Shown here: piece by piece, positions 14,814-23,196 of the stretch
Position numbering within the stretch: the first letter of the stretch is position 1
How the letters are laid out: each line of letters begins with the position of its first letter
Assembly (NCBI GenBank): GCA_964391495.1
Contig: CAYMMN010000001.1
Location: 1-34,067 of the forward strand
Length of the DNA: 34,067 nt
From: an uncultured Flavobacteriales bacterium
Lineage (GTDB): Bacteria > Bacteroidota > Bacteroidia > AKYH767-A > 2013-40CM-41-45
Direction of reading: 5' to 3'
Notes under the pieces: model-generated
The model's input: only the letters and a program-made list of their open reading frames with translations
What the model was told of the DNA's origin: nothing
Database searches by the model: none
Translations under genes and position numbers: made by a program

Positions 14814-16493
14814 ATGACTCATTCCGACTCCACGCTAATCACGTGCAGCCTGTTTCACAATCTTGACCAAGTAGTACTCGCGGAAATTCTTTCTCACTCA
14901 GAAACGAATGAATATCCGAAAGGCGCTGTTTTGGTTAATAAGGGCTCTGTGCCCAGCGCGCTTTACATTGTAAAAAATGGAACAGTAGAAATTTACAATG
15001 AAGATGTATTGCTGGCGACACTTGGTTCGCTTTCAATCCTGGGTGAAAGTTTTCTTGCCGATGCCGTTGCGACAGCTACGATTGTGGCGGGATCAGACCT
15101 CACCATGGTGGAAATTAAAAAAGATGTTTTTTATTCTCTTGCGGTGAAATACCCTCAATTGATTCTGAACATTTTTAAAATTAATTTTCAACGATTAAGA
15201 AATTCAAATGACGCGGCTTTAAAAGAAGCACGCGAACGGGAAGAGAAATTAAATCAACTCGTCAACGAACGCACGCGCGCTTTGAATGAAACCATGCTGG
15301 AATTGCGTAAGACGAATGATGAATTATCCATCACGCGTGACAATCTGATCGAAACACAAAAATTCCGTCAGCAATTTCTGGCCAACATGAGCCATGAAAT
15401 TCGTACTCCCATGAATGCTATCGTGGGATTGACAAACCTTCTCATCAAATCACCGCTCAATGAGCAGCAGGAAAAATATTTAAATGTCATCAAGAAAAGC
15501 GGTGCCAACCTGCTGGTCATCATTAACGACATTCTTGATCTCGCGAAAATTGAATCCGGAAAAATGGAACTGGAAGCAGTACCATTCCCGTTCATTTCAG
15601 CAATTCACAACATTCACACGATTCTCGGTCTTAAGGCTGAAGAAAAGGGAATTAAAATGGAACAGATCATCGGAGAAGGTGTTCCTGAATATGTCGTTGG
15701 CGATGAAACAAGAATTACCCAGGTGATTATGAACCTTGCCGGTAATGCCATTAAATTCACTGAAAAGGGAGCTGTTACCATTTCCGTTATTCCTGAAAAT
15801 AAAACTGACAAGGAAGTCGTTGTCAGAGTAGGTATCCGCGATACAGGAATTGGGATTCCCGCTGACAAAATCGACAAGATCTTTGAGAGTTTTGGACAGG
15901 CCTCCTCAGATACAACCCGGAAATTCGGTGGAACCGGTCTGGGATTAACTATTTCCAAACAATTGGTGGAAATGCACGGCGGAGATTTGAAAGTTCAAAG
16001 TGAACCTGGCAAGGGATCTGAGTTTTATTTTACTATTAAATACACCATTGCTACAAAACCTCAGGAAGACAATATCGATGATCTGGCGACTTCACACGAC
16101 TTGTCCACTGTAAAAATTCTATTGGTTGAAGACAACGAATTCAATCAAATGGTAGCTGTGGATACATTGAATGATATTTTTCCTGAAGTAAAAGTGGAAG
16201 TCGCGAATGATGGACAAGAGGCACTTGATAAACTCAGTGCCGACAACTACAGTTTTGTCTTTATGGATATCCAAATGCCGGGAATGGATGGTTATGAAAC
16301 TACCCGTCGTATCCGGAAAATGGAAGACACATTAAAGAAGAATATCAGAATTTGTGCAATGACTGCTAACGTAACCCGGGAAGAAATCGATGAATGCCTT
16401 GCATCAGGAATGAATGATTACATGATGAAGCCATTCAGTACCGAAACTCTCCGGGAAAAAGTAATCCGTAACGCCTTTCCCAACGAATCGTGA
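14814..16493 (+). CDS. cytoplasmic hybrid sensor histidine kinase: CAP/cNMP-binding-like domain - coiled coil - HisKA - HATPase_c - receiver
   Basis: CAP-type beta-barrel (YPKGAVLVNKGSVPSALYIVKNGTVEIY...ILGES). H-box FLANMSHEIRTPMNAIVG. N/G boxes NLAGNAIKFT, DTGIGIP, GGTGLGLTISK. Receiver ILLVEDNEFNQ...FMDIQMPGMDG...MTAN. No TM segment. ATG at 14814 is preferred over 14760. Confidence 0.9.
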   Translation: MTHSDSTLITCSLFHNLDQVVLAEILSHSETNEYPKGAVLVNKGSVPSALYIVKNGTVEIYNEDVLLATLGSLSILGESFLADAVATATIVAGSDLTMVEIKKDVFYSLAVKYPQLILNIFKINFQRLRNSNDAALKEAREREEKLNQLVNERTRALNETMLELRKTNDELSITRDNLIETQKFRQQFLANMSHEIRTPMNAIVGLTNLLIKSPLNEQQEKYLNVIKKSGANLLVIINDILDLAKIESGKMELEAVPFPFISAIHNIHTILGLKAEEKGIKMEQIIGEGVPEYVVGDETRITQVIMNLAGNAIKFTEKGAVTISVIPENKTDKEVVVRVGIRDTGIGIPADKIDKIFESFGQASSDTTRKFGGTGLGLTISKQLVEMHGGDLKVQSEPGKGSEFYFTIKYTIATKPQEDNIDDLATSHDLSTVKILLVEDNEFNQMVAVDTLNDIFPEVKVEVANDGQEALDKLSADNYSFVFMDIQMPGMDGYETTRRIRKMEDTLKKNIRICAMTANVTREEIDECLASGMNDYMMKPFSTETLREKVIRNAFPNES

Positions 16494-17140
16494 ATCAAAT
16501 AACTTATTCCAAAAGCGCGAGGAATTATTCTTCGTCAACATCATCCACGGTCATGAACCGATACGAACAAACAAAACAATTTATACTCGGAAAACTGAGC
16601 ACCGGATTACCGGACAACCTCACGTATCATGGCTATCACCATGTTCTGGATGTATTGAGTGCAGCTGAAATGTTATGCGAAAAAGAGAAAATTCCAGCGG
16701 AAGATGTTGAGTTGGTAAAAGTAGCTGCCCTGATGCATGATTCCGGATTCATGCTGAATGCGGTAAACCACGAACAGATCGGTAGTGATATGGCCAGAAA
16801 ATTATTACCGGAATTCGGCTATAATAAACCTGAAATAGAAACTATCTGCGGCATGATTCTCGCGACAAAATTTCCGCAGCAACCTAAAAATCATCTGGAA
16901 GAAATTCTCTGTGATGCAGATTTGGATTACCTCGGCCGCCCTGATTTTTTCAGTATTGGAAATACCCTTTTTGAAGAACTAAAAACAAGTGGCAATATTT
17001 CTACTTTAAGAGAATGGAACCAGCTTCAGGTTACATTTCTATTAACCCATAAATATTTTACCCGTTCAGCCAAAGAACTGCGCGATTTTCAAAAAGAAGT
17101 CCATCTACAACAGGTGAAAAATTTGCTCGCAAAACCCTGA
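16490..17140 (+). CDS. HD-domain metal-dependent phosphohydrolase
   Basis: H...HD...D pattern: YHGYHHVLDV, ALMHDSGF, CDADLDYLG. The GTG start overlaps the kinase stop (GTGA). An alternative ATG lies at 16553. Confidence 0.8.
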   Translation: MNQITYSKSARNYSSSTSSTVMNRYEQTKQFILGKLSTGLPDNLTYHGYHHVLDVLSAAEMLCEKEKIPAEDVELVKVAALMHDSGFMLNAVNHEQIGSDMARKLLPEFGYNKPEIETICGMILATKFPQQPKNHLEEILCDADLDYLGRPDFFSIGNTLFEELKTSGNISTLREWNQLQVTFLLTHKYFTRSAKELRDFQKEVHLQQVKNLLAKP

Positions 17141-17160
17141 ATAATTCCTTCTACAATCTC

Positions 17161-17188
17161 CTGAAACCTGTGGATCTTTTCAGTTTTT
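17161..17188 (+). terminator. weak candidate intrinsic terminator after the HD gene
   Basis: CTGAAA (17161-17166) / TTTCAG (17178-17183) followed by TTTTT. Only a 6-bp AT-rich stem with an 11-nt loop. Confidence 0.25.
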
Positions 17189-17358
17189 GATTTTGATAGA
17201 TTAAATCTCTGTCCTGGAAAATCAGATCTTAACAATTTTTTTTGGCCATTTGCGTTTCTTTTTCAGTTTCTGCATTAAATCAAGAATAACACGGATTGTT
17301 AAAAAATCACCTCCGTAAGCCCCGCAAGGAAAAATATTATTGATAGATTTACCAAATC

Positions 17359-18222
17359 ATGAGACTTCTGGCAGTTCTCTTATGCGTTTTGGCTTTGGCC
17401 TCCTGTAAAAAGGAAGAGCTGGTTACAGTTGATAATAATATTCCACCGGAAGATTATACAATTGAACCTGTAGTTGTAGAAAATTATATCAACCGTACAT
17501 ATATTCTCACCCTTGGCAGAGAACCTGATGAAACTGAATTTAATACAGCGCGTCAGGCGCTATTGAACAGTGGAGTGGACAGCGCGTCCCGACAGGATTT
17601 CCTGGCTTCCGTTTTTTCGGACCCCTCGTATCTTCCAGCTGTTTACAATCAGAATAAAATTGATTTGCTAAACAACGTTGACACCGCAGAATTCACCAAC
17701 TGGATTAACATTTTTGAATTTTTACTGCAGGACTCAACGAATATTACTTCCTGGCCCGCCTTACAACAACAACTAGACAGGTTGATTGAATTGCGAAACG
17801 CATTCCCTGAATTCATAAATGCAACAATTGGTGTGGACGAATTGCAACGCAGAATGTGCAACAATTACCTCTATGATCAGATCAATATGGGTGCCGCGAA
17901 TTTTGTCATCTCTACCTTTCAGCACTTGATTAACAGAAACCCGACAATTTCCGAACAACAAAATGGAATCAATATGGTGGGCGGAATCAATGCGGTACTT
18001 TTTCTGCAAGCCGGATCTAATCAGAATGACTACCTGAACATTCTCACGCATTCCGGTAATTATTTTGAAAGCCAGGTGGTATTGCTGTATCACAAATTCC
18101 TCAATCGCGAACCAAATACTGAAGAAATGCTTAATGGCACTCAAAAATATAGCAGTATAGGGGACTACACAGCTGTACAAAGGGACATTTTAGCTACAAA
18201 CGAATTCATCGGCATCCAATGA
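17359..18222 (+). CDS. lipoprotein of unknown function with three DUF4214-like [LF]-x-R-[EN]-P motifs
   Basis: Lipobox LALASC. Repeated motif segments TLGREPDETEF, LINRNPTISEQ and FLNREPNTEEM. C-terminal ILATNEFIG. Confidence 0.7.
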   Translation: MRLLAVLLCVLALASCKKEELVTVDNNIPPEDYTIEPVVVENYINRTYILTLGREPDETEFNTARQALLNSGVDSASRQDFLASVFSDPSYLPAVYNQNKIDLLNNVDTAEFTNWINIFEFLLQDSTNITSWPALQQQLDRLIELRNAFPEFINATIGVDELQRRMCNNYLYDQINMGAANFVISTFQHLINRNPTISEQQNGINMVGGINAVLFLQAGSNQNDYLNILTHSGNYFESQVVLLYHKFLNREPNTEEMLNGTQKYSSIGDYTAVQRDILATNEFIGIQ

Positions 18223-18701
18223 AAAAATTAATTTTTCTTGTTTTGATTCTGCCATATTTATTTTCCTGTAGCAGGGAAAATAAATACGAATATGAAGTCA
18301 ATCCTGTGGATGTTTCTCAAAACGGTGGAGTAAAAAACTCGCAAAAGACAACTGCGGAGTTTATTTCCATCGCTTATGCTGATCTGTTCGGAATCCAGAT
18401 TCCTCAGTCAAGGCTTGTGAATCTGAGCATCGCATACAGTTCCTTTGGTGATCAAAAAGTGATTGAGGACCGTATTATCCGGAATTTCATTAACGATACA
18501 CTGGCCATCATTCCTGATTCCGTAGTGATCAATAGAGATACTTCGGCTTTCATTGTAAAAGCCTACAAAAAATTCTTCAACCGCGAACCTTCTGAGTTTG
18601 AAAAATACACCTGGAAGAATACAATTCAACAGGATGCTTCGATAAACCCTTTGATGGTATATTATACATTGATGACATCCGATGAATACAGATTCTATTA
18701 A
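18219..18701 (+). CDS. small lipoprotein of unknown function (one DUF4214-like motif)
   Basis: Lipobox YLFSC. KKFFNREPSEFEKY motif. C-terminal TSDEYRFY. ATGA overlap with the upstream gene. Confidence 0.65.
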   Translation: MKKLIFLVLILPYLFSCSRENKYEYEVNPVDVSQNGGVKNSQKTTAEFISIAYADLFGIQIPQSRLVNLSIAYSSFGDQKVIEDRIIRNFINDTLAIIPDSVVINRDTSAFIVKAYKKFFNREPSEFEKYTWKNTIQQDASINPLMVYYTLMTSDEYRFY

Positions 18702-18710
18702 TCTCAGCGC

Positions 18711-20063
18711 ATGATGAAAAGAAGGGATTTCATAAAAAAATCTGCACTGGCAACTGCAGGAGTGATTGCATCACCCTATCTGCTTCCATCCGGCAGTCTG
18801 TTCGCCGCGACCGGAATGCGTCGTGTTAACCATGTTGTATTTTGTCTGTATGCTGGAGGTGTGCGCAATCTGGAATCAGTTCACATGAATGACGGTAATC
18901 TCATGCCAAATTTACTTTCAGGTGGAGGTTCTGTTTCACCCGATATCGCCGGAGCGATGGAAGCCCTGCCACCAGCTCCGCTTCCGCTTCCCTTGCAAAA
19001 CTACGGCACCCTTTTCAAAGAATTTAGATATTACAATGGTCCGACGGGGCATTACAATGGACATACAGTTGCTCTGACAGGAAATTATGTTGATGTAGAT
19101 TTGAATCTGCGCGAACACCCAAGAAAACCTACCATTTTTGAATACTACCGCAAACACAATTCTCCACAGCAGAGCGCATTGAAATGCTGGTGGGTTGCAA
19201 ATACACTCGGACCTTATCCGGCCTTGAATTATTCCTCCGCTTCCGCATATGGTGCTTCCTATGGCGCTAATTTTATTTCGCCGACATCACTCATCAGTCC
19301 GCAGGGCTTTGATGTGCTCGGAAATCCGCGTGTGTTCAGCAGTCAGGAGGAAGCTGCGGTGAATAATATCCGTGGTTTTGTAAACGGAATGTTTAATCAT
19401 TCTTATTCCGATGGTTCAGCAGGAGTAGTGAATACAGATACCGATAGAATTCAACTTCATCAATTCATCACAGATTTATATACCAAAGCGCAAAGTTCAG
19501 CATTCCTTAATTCCTGGAACGCCGGAAGCGCAATGAATAATGATATGTACAACATTCTCTTCGCTGAAGAAATCATCCGCACCTTCACACCGGAATTACT
19601 GGTGGTGAATATGCAGGATGTGGATGTCTGTCATTTTCAATATACCCAATACGCCAACAACCTGCGCAAAGCGGATTTTGCAGTCGCTCAATTGTGGAAG
19701 ACTATACAATCAACTCCGGGAATGGCGGATGATACTGTACTTATCATAGCTCCTGAACACGGAAGAAATTTCTATCCGAATACTTCAGTGGATGCTTATG
19801 GCCGTCGTGCGCTGGATCATACTGCTCCGACAGATCCAAATTTTACCGGTGATCCCAACATGCAAATGGCCAGAGAAATCTTCTGTCTTGTTGTAGGACC
19901 TCCAAATGTTGTTGTACAAAATCAGGTAATCTCAACCATTATGGGAGAAAGCACCGAAATCGTTCCCGCCATTGCTAACTTACTTGGATTCGATCAGGAC
20001 ATGCCCGGAACATATGGAGTTAAACCCTGGTCAACATGCCAGCTTCAAGCCGCCTTTGTATGA
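18711..20063 (+). CDS. Tat-exported protein, DUF1501-like (alkaline-phosphatase/sulfatase-superfamily-like), function unknown
   Basis: Twin-arginine leader MMKRRDFIKKSALATAGVIASP. VVFCLYAGGVRNLES near the N-terminus, and IIAPEHGRN...GRRALDHT...EIVPAIANLLGF near the C-terminus. These resemble the DUF1501 pattern (xEFGRT...GRDHW...TiLxxLG) from memory. Confidence 0.55.
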   Translation: MMKRRDFIKKSALATAGVIASPYLLPSGSLFAATGMRRVNHVVFCLYAGGVRNLESVHMNDGNLMPNLLSGGGSVSPDIAGAMEALPPAPLPLPLQNYGTLFKEFRYYNGPTGHYNGHTVALTGNYVDVDLNLREHPRKPTIFEYYRKHNSPQQSALKCWWVANTLGPYPALNYSSASAYGASYGANFISPTSLISPQGFDVLGNPRVFSSQEEAAVNNIRGFVNGMFNHSYSDGSAGVVNTDTDRIQLHQFITDLYTKAQSSAFLNSWNAGSAMNNDMYNILFAEEIIRTFTPELLVVNMQDVDVCHFQYTQYANNLRKADFAVAQLWKTIQSTPGMADDTVLIIAPEHGRNFYPNTSVDAYGRRALDHTAPTDPNFTGDPNMQMAREIFCLVVGPPNVVVQNQVISTIMGESTEIVPAIANLLGFDQDMPGTYGVKPWSTCQLQAAFV

Positions 20064-20986
20064 TCAATATTAAAAAATATCTTCTGCATTTATTTTCGGC
20101 AGTGCTGATTGCTTCTGTATGGTCGTGCAAAAACGATGAAGAGCCGGTAAATCCATACGACGCACTTGACCACTCATCTAACACCAACACTCCCACACCA
20201 CCGGATCCGAATTCAATTGCAGGTTTATATAAAAATATTTTCAGTGTCCGTTGCGCAAACCCGGGATGTCACGACGGAACATTCGAACCGGATTTCAGAA
20301 CTATTGAATCTTCCTATGCAACTCTTGTTTATCAAACAGTCAACAAACTCACACTTGATTCAGCAAAATTTTATTCTTACAGAGCCATTCCCAATAATGT
20401 AAATGACTCCTGGCTCATCGAACGACTCACGACGCCAACAACCGAATACATGCCTTCTAACAGTATTCGTTTGTCTACAGAGGATATTGACCATGTAAAA
20501 AACTGGATCAATGCCGGATGTCCCGATATGAATGGCGTTGTCGCAGTAAAGCCTGATCTTCCACCGAATGTAACGGGCTTCGCTGCATTTGATGTTAACG
20601 GAAATCAGATTGATACAAATCGTTTGAATGGAGATCCGATCAGTCCTTTTCTGGTGAACGCAGGCAGCGCATTAACAATAGGCTTTGTCGCGACGGATAC
20701 GAGTGATGGAACTTCCGCGACAGATCCCGGACAATTCACGGTGAAGGAAATTCATTTCTCCACCGACAAAAATGATTTCAGTAATTCAACTGTTCTTGTT
20801 GCGAGTACATATATTGCAGGATATTCAGCCTGGCTGGCAACGTTGCCTGCAGTTTCATGGCCTGTTGGTACTACGGTGTATTTTCGGATTTATGTAAACG
20901 ATGGTCATCATACCAACAATACCGAATTTCCAAGGTTTGATTCTCCTGATTATTACAAAACCTATTTTTCTTTTTATGTACAGTAA
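20060..20986 (+). CDS. lipoprotein with N-terminal planctomycete-cytochrome-like domain (CANPGCH) and C-terminal beta-rich domain
   Basis: Lipobox SVWSC. CANPGCH at nt 20252-20272 is followed by ...EYMPSNSIRLSTEDIDHVKNWINAGCP, which parallels the PuuD C-terminal haem domain in this same window. ATGA overlap with the upstream gene. Confidence 0.6.
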   Translation: MINIKKYLLHLFSAVLIASVWSCKNDEEPVNPYDALDHSSNTNTPTPPDPNSIAGLYKNIFSVRCANPGCHDGTFEPDFRTIESSYATLVYQTVNKLTLDSAKFYSYRAIPNNVNDSWLIERLTTPTTEYMPSNSIRLSTEDIDHVKNWINAGCPDMNGVVAVKPDLPPNVTGFAAFDVNGNQIDTNRLNGDPISPFLVNAGSALTIGFVATDTSDGTSATDPGQFTVKEIHFSTDKNDFSNSTVLVASTYIAGYSAWLATLPAVSWPVGTTVYFRIYVNDGHHTNNTEFPRFDSPDYYKTYFSFYVQ

Positions 20987-21413
20987 AGGGATCTTTCTTT
21001 TAGTTACGCTCTTTCTTTGTTACTCCTGCAACAAAGACAAGATTGAATTTGATTCTACTCCTTCGATTGAAGTGACTGCAATTAGTCCCGGTTCCGTACA
21101 GGAATTTACACAGCCGGTAACGGTTACAATTAAATACAAGGATGGAGATGGAGATCTTGGGGAAAACAGCAGTGGTGTAAAAAACTGCTTTGTCACCGAC
21201 AACAGGATTGGAATTATCTCATCCTTTCGTATTCAGCAACTCGGACCTGATGGGTCCAACATCACCGGATCACTGAACATTGATCTAGGCGGACAAGGCA
21301 TCACAGATACATCCCTCAGTAGCCAGAATGTTAGTTTTTCTGTTTACGTTGTAGACAGAGCAGGACATGTCAGCAATACCGCTACTACTGCAGCAATTAC
21401 TATCCATAGATAA
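20976..21413 (+). CDS. small beta-rich lipoprotein of unknown function
   Basis: Lipobox LCYSC. 145 aa that look Ig-like or beta-sandwich-like (VTVTIKYKDGDGDLG, VSFSVYVVDRAGHVS). 11-nt overlap with the upstream gene. Confidence 0.6.
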   Translation: MYSKGIFLLVTLFLCYSCNKDKIEFDSTPSIEVTAISPGSVQEFTQPVTVTIKYKDGDGDLGENSSGVKNCFVTDNRIGIISSFRIQQLGPDGSNITGSLNIDLGGQGITDTSLSSQNVSFSVYVVDRAGHVSNTATTAAITIHR

Positions 21414-21592
21414 ATTCCCCTATAATCGTCATCATTCAATTCCTTTCTTTTTTTTAGTTCTGCGCTTTTTATGAATTCAACTATTGGACAAGATGTTTTT
21501 AGCCTTCAGTCTAATTTTTTTAACTAAAAAGGTATTAACATAATCCTCGTATAAGTATTATTCTGAAAATACTTTTATTCTGTCATTACATA

Positions 21593-21600
21593 TATATTTG
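21593..21600 (+). promoter_or_regulatory. candidate -7 box (TATATTTG) for the flippase gene
   Basis: Exact TAnnTTTG match 66 nt upstream of the TTG start at 21666. The -33 region is TTTT rather than TTTG. Confidence 0.3.
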
Positions 21601-21665
21601 AAGCGCCATTCAACAGTTCTGTTTGGCTCAAAAGGTTTACATCCGGAAATAAGAATTTATACCCC

Positions 21666-22928
21666 TTGCTGAATAGTATCAAAGAAAAATTAAAATCCGG
21701 CATTCTCCGGAATATGCTCATCTACAGCTTGGGAGCACTTTTTCTCAAAGGAATTTCCTTTTTTCTGATTCCGCTTTACACGAGGATGTTACATCCAAGT
21801 GATTATGGAAATCTTGAATTGCTCAACACGTTCACATCCATTCTGGAAATAGTATGTTCACTTGGCCTGGTACAATTTCTCTATATGGATTATTTCCATC
21901 ATGAAAAAGAAGGGCGGGTAAAATTGATGAATACAATTTTGTCGATTTACATTGGCTTGTCTACTCTATTGTATGTGATTACAGCAATTTTCATTTACTT
22001 CTATCACGAACATGCGCTTGGATCGCTATCACTCTACCTGATTTATTTTGGCATTCTCACCACCTATTTGAATTTCTTTCAGGGCATTTACATCCTTGTC
22101 CTCAAATTTTCAGAACGAGCTAAAGCGGTTACAATTCTTCAAATAACTATTGGATTGTTATCAATGGGAATGAATATTTATTTTGTGTATTACCTGCGAA
22201 CCGGTATTTCCGGAATTATTTGGGCAAACATGATCAGCATGATGATTTCGCTGATCATCATTAGCAGCTCACTTGGAAGTAAAATCAAACTCTTCAATTT
22301 TACCTGGGATAAAGAACAAATAAAGGACATTTTAAAACTCAGCCTGCCATTTGTACCCGGCGCACTCTCCTATTGGTTTTTGAACAGCGCTAACCGATGG
22401 ATTCTGCTACATTATGGAACTCTTGTTGATGTTGGGCTATTTTCACTGGCTATCAAATTCACATCCATTTTCGATCCCATCTTAATACAACCCTTTCTGA
22501 ACGCAAACAACCCGAGAACCCTCAGACAATTTTCGGAAGGAAATTATGTCCAAAATTTCCGTTACCTGTATCCCGGACTGATCATCTTTTTTATACTGAT
22601 GGGATTCGTGATCCGGCAAATAGCGGAATGGATGATCGACCCGTCTTATTATCAGGCACTGCCTTTGATTCCAGTTTTGGTATCGGGTATTTCCCTGAGC
22701 ATTCTTGCACAAGTGACAGCACTTTTGCTGATGTTCAGGAAGAAAGTCAAAAAAACATTTACGAGTATTGTTGCAGGTAGTTTTATGAGTGTGCTTTCAA
22801 GTTTTCTCCTGGTGCCGCAATATGGTTCAATGGGCGCGGCTATTGGAATTGTCATGGGCAACTTTTTCTGGTGCGGATTCATTTATATTTTCTATACACA
22901 GGAGAAGAAGAAAGTCCTTTCCAGCTGA
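21666..22928 (+). CDS. Wzx-like oligosaccharide/polysaccharide flippase (MOP superfamily)
   Basis: About 12 predicted TM helices. N-terminal NMLIYSLGALFLKGISFFLIPLYTRMLHPSDYGNLELL is typical of polysaccharide biosynthesis (Wzx) proteins. TTG at 21666 is the first standard start in the open frame. Confidence 0.7.
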   Translation: MLNSIKEKLKSGILRNMLIYSLGALFLKGISFFLIPLYTRMLHPSDYGNLELLNTFTSILEIVCSLGLVQFLYMDYFHHEKEGRVKLMNTILSIYIGLSTLLYVITAIFIYFYHEHALGSLSLYLIYFGILTTYLNFFQGIYILVLKFSERAKAVTILQITIGLLSMGMNIYFVYYLRTGISGIIWANMISMMISLIIISSSLGSKIKLFNFTWDKEQIKDILKLSLPFVPGALSYWFLNSANRWILLHYGTLVDVGLFSLAIKFTSIFDPILIQPFLNANNPRTLRQFSEGNYVQNFRYLYPGLIIFFILMGFVIRQIAEWMIDPSYYQALPLIPVLVSGISLSILAQVTALLLMFRKKVKKTFTSIVAGSFMSVLSSFLLVPQYGSMGAAIGIVMGNFFWCGFIYIFYTQEKKKVLSS

Positions 22929-23101
22929 TACGAAGTTCTGTACGCTTTTTTATGCCTTTTCCCTTACCTGAAGTAAAAAACAAACTGAATTCAGGTCATT
23001 GAAATAAATTTTTCAGCCTTAAATCCTCCCTCATTTCCTGATTAAATACAAGTTTTCAGAATCGAATTCGAAAAATTGACTGAATTGGCTTGAAATAATC
23101 C

Positions 23102-23154
23102 AAACATTTTTTAAACATCTTATTTAATCATTTGTTTAAATTATTTGTTTAAAT
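23102..23154. promoter_or_regulatory. candidate TetR operator: two AAACA(T) and two ATTTGTTTAAAT repeats in inverted arrangement
   Basis: AAACAT at 23102-23107 and 23113-23118. ATTTGTTTAAAT at 23130-23141 and 23143-23154. TTTAAACA (23110-23117) is the exact reverse complement of TGTTTAAA (23133-23140 and 23146-23153). Confidence 0.4.
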
Positions 23155-23175
23155 AATAATCTCAATCTACATTTG
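23144..23175 (+). promoter_or_regulatory. candidate Bacteroidota promoter (-33 TTTG / -7 TACATTTG) for the efflux operon
   Basis: TTTG at 23144-23147 and TACATTTG at 23168-23175 are separated by 20 nt. They lie 22 nt upstream of the tetR-family ATG. The -33 element sits inside the second direct repeat. Confidence 0.45.
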
Positions 23176-23196
23176 TCACCAATTAAGTACAGCCCA

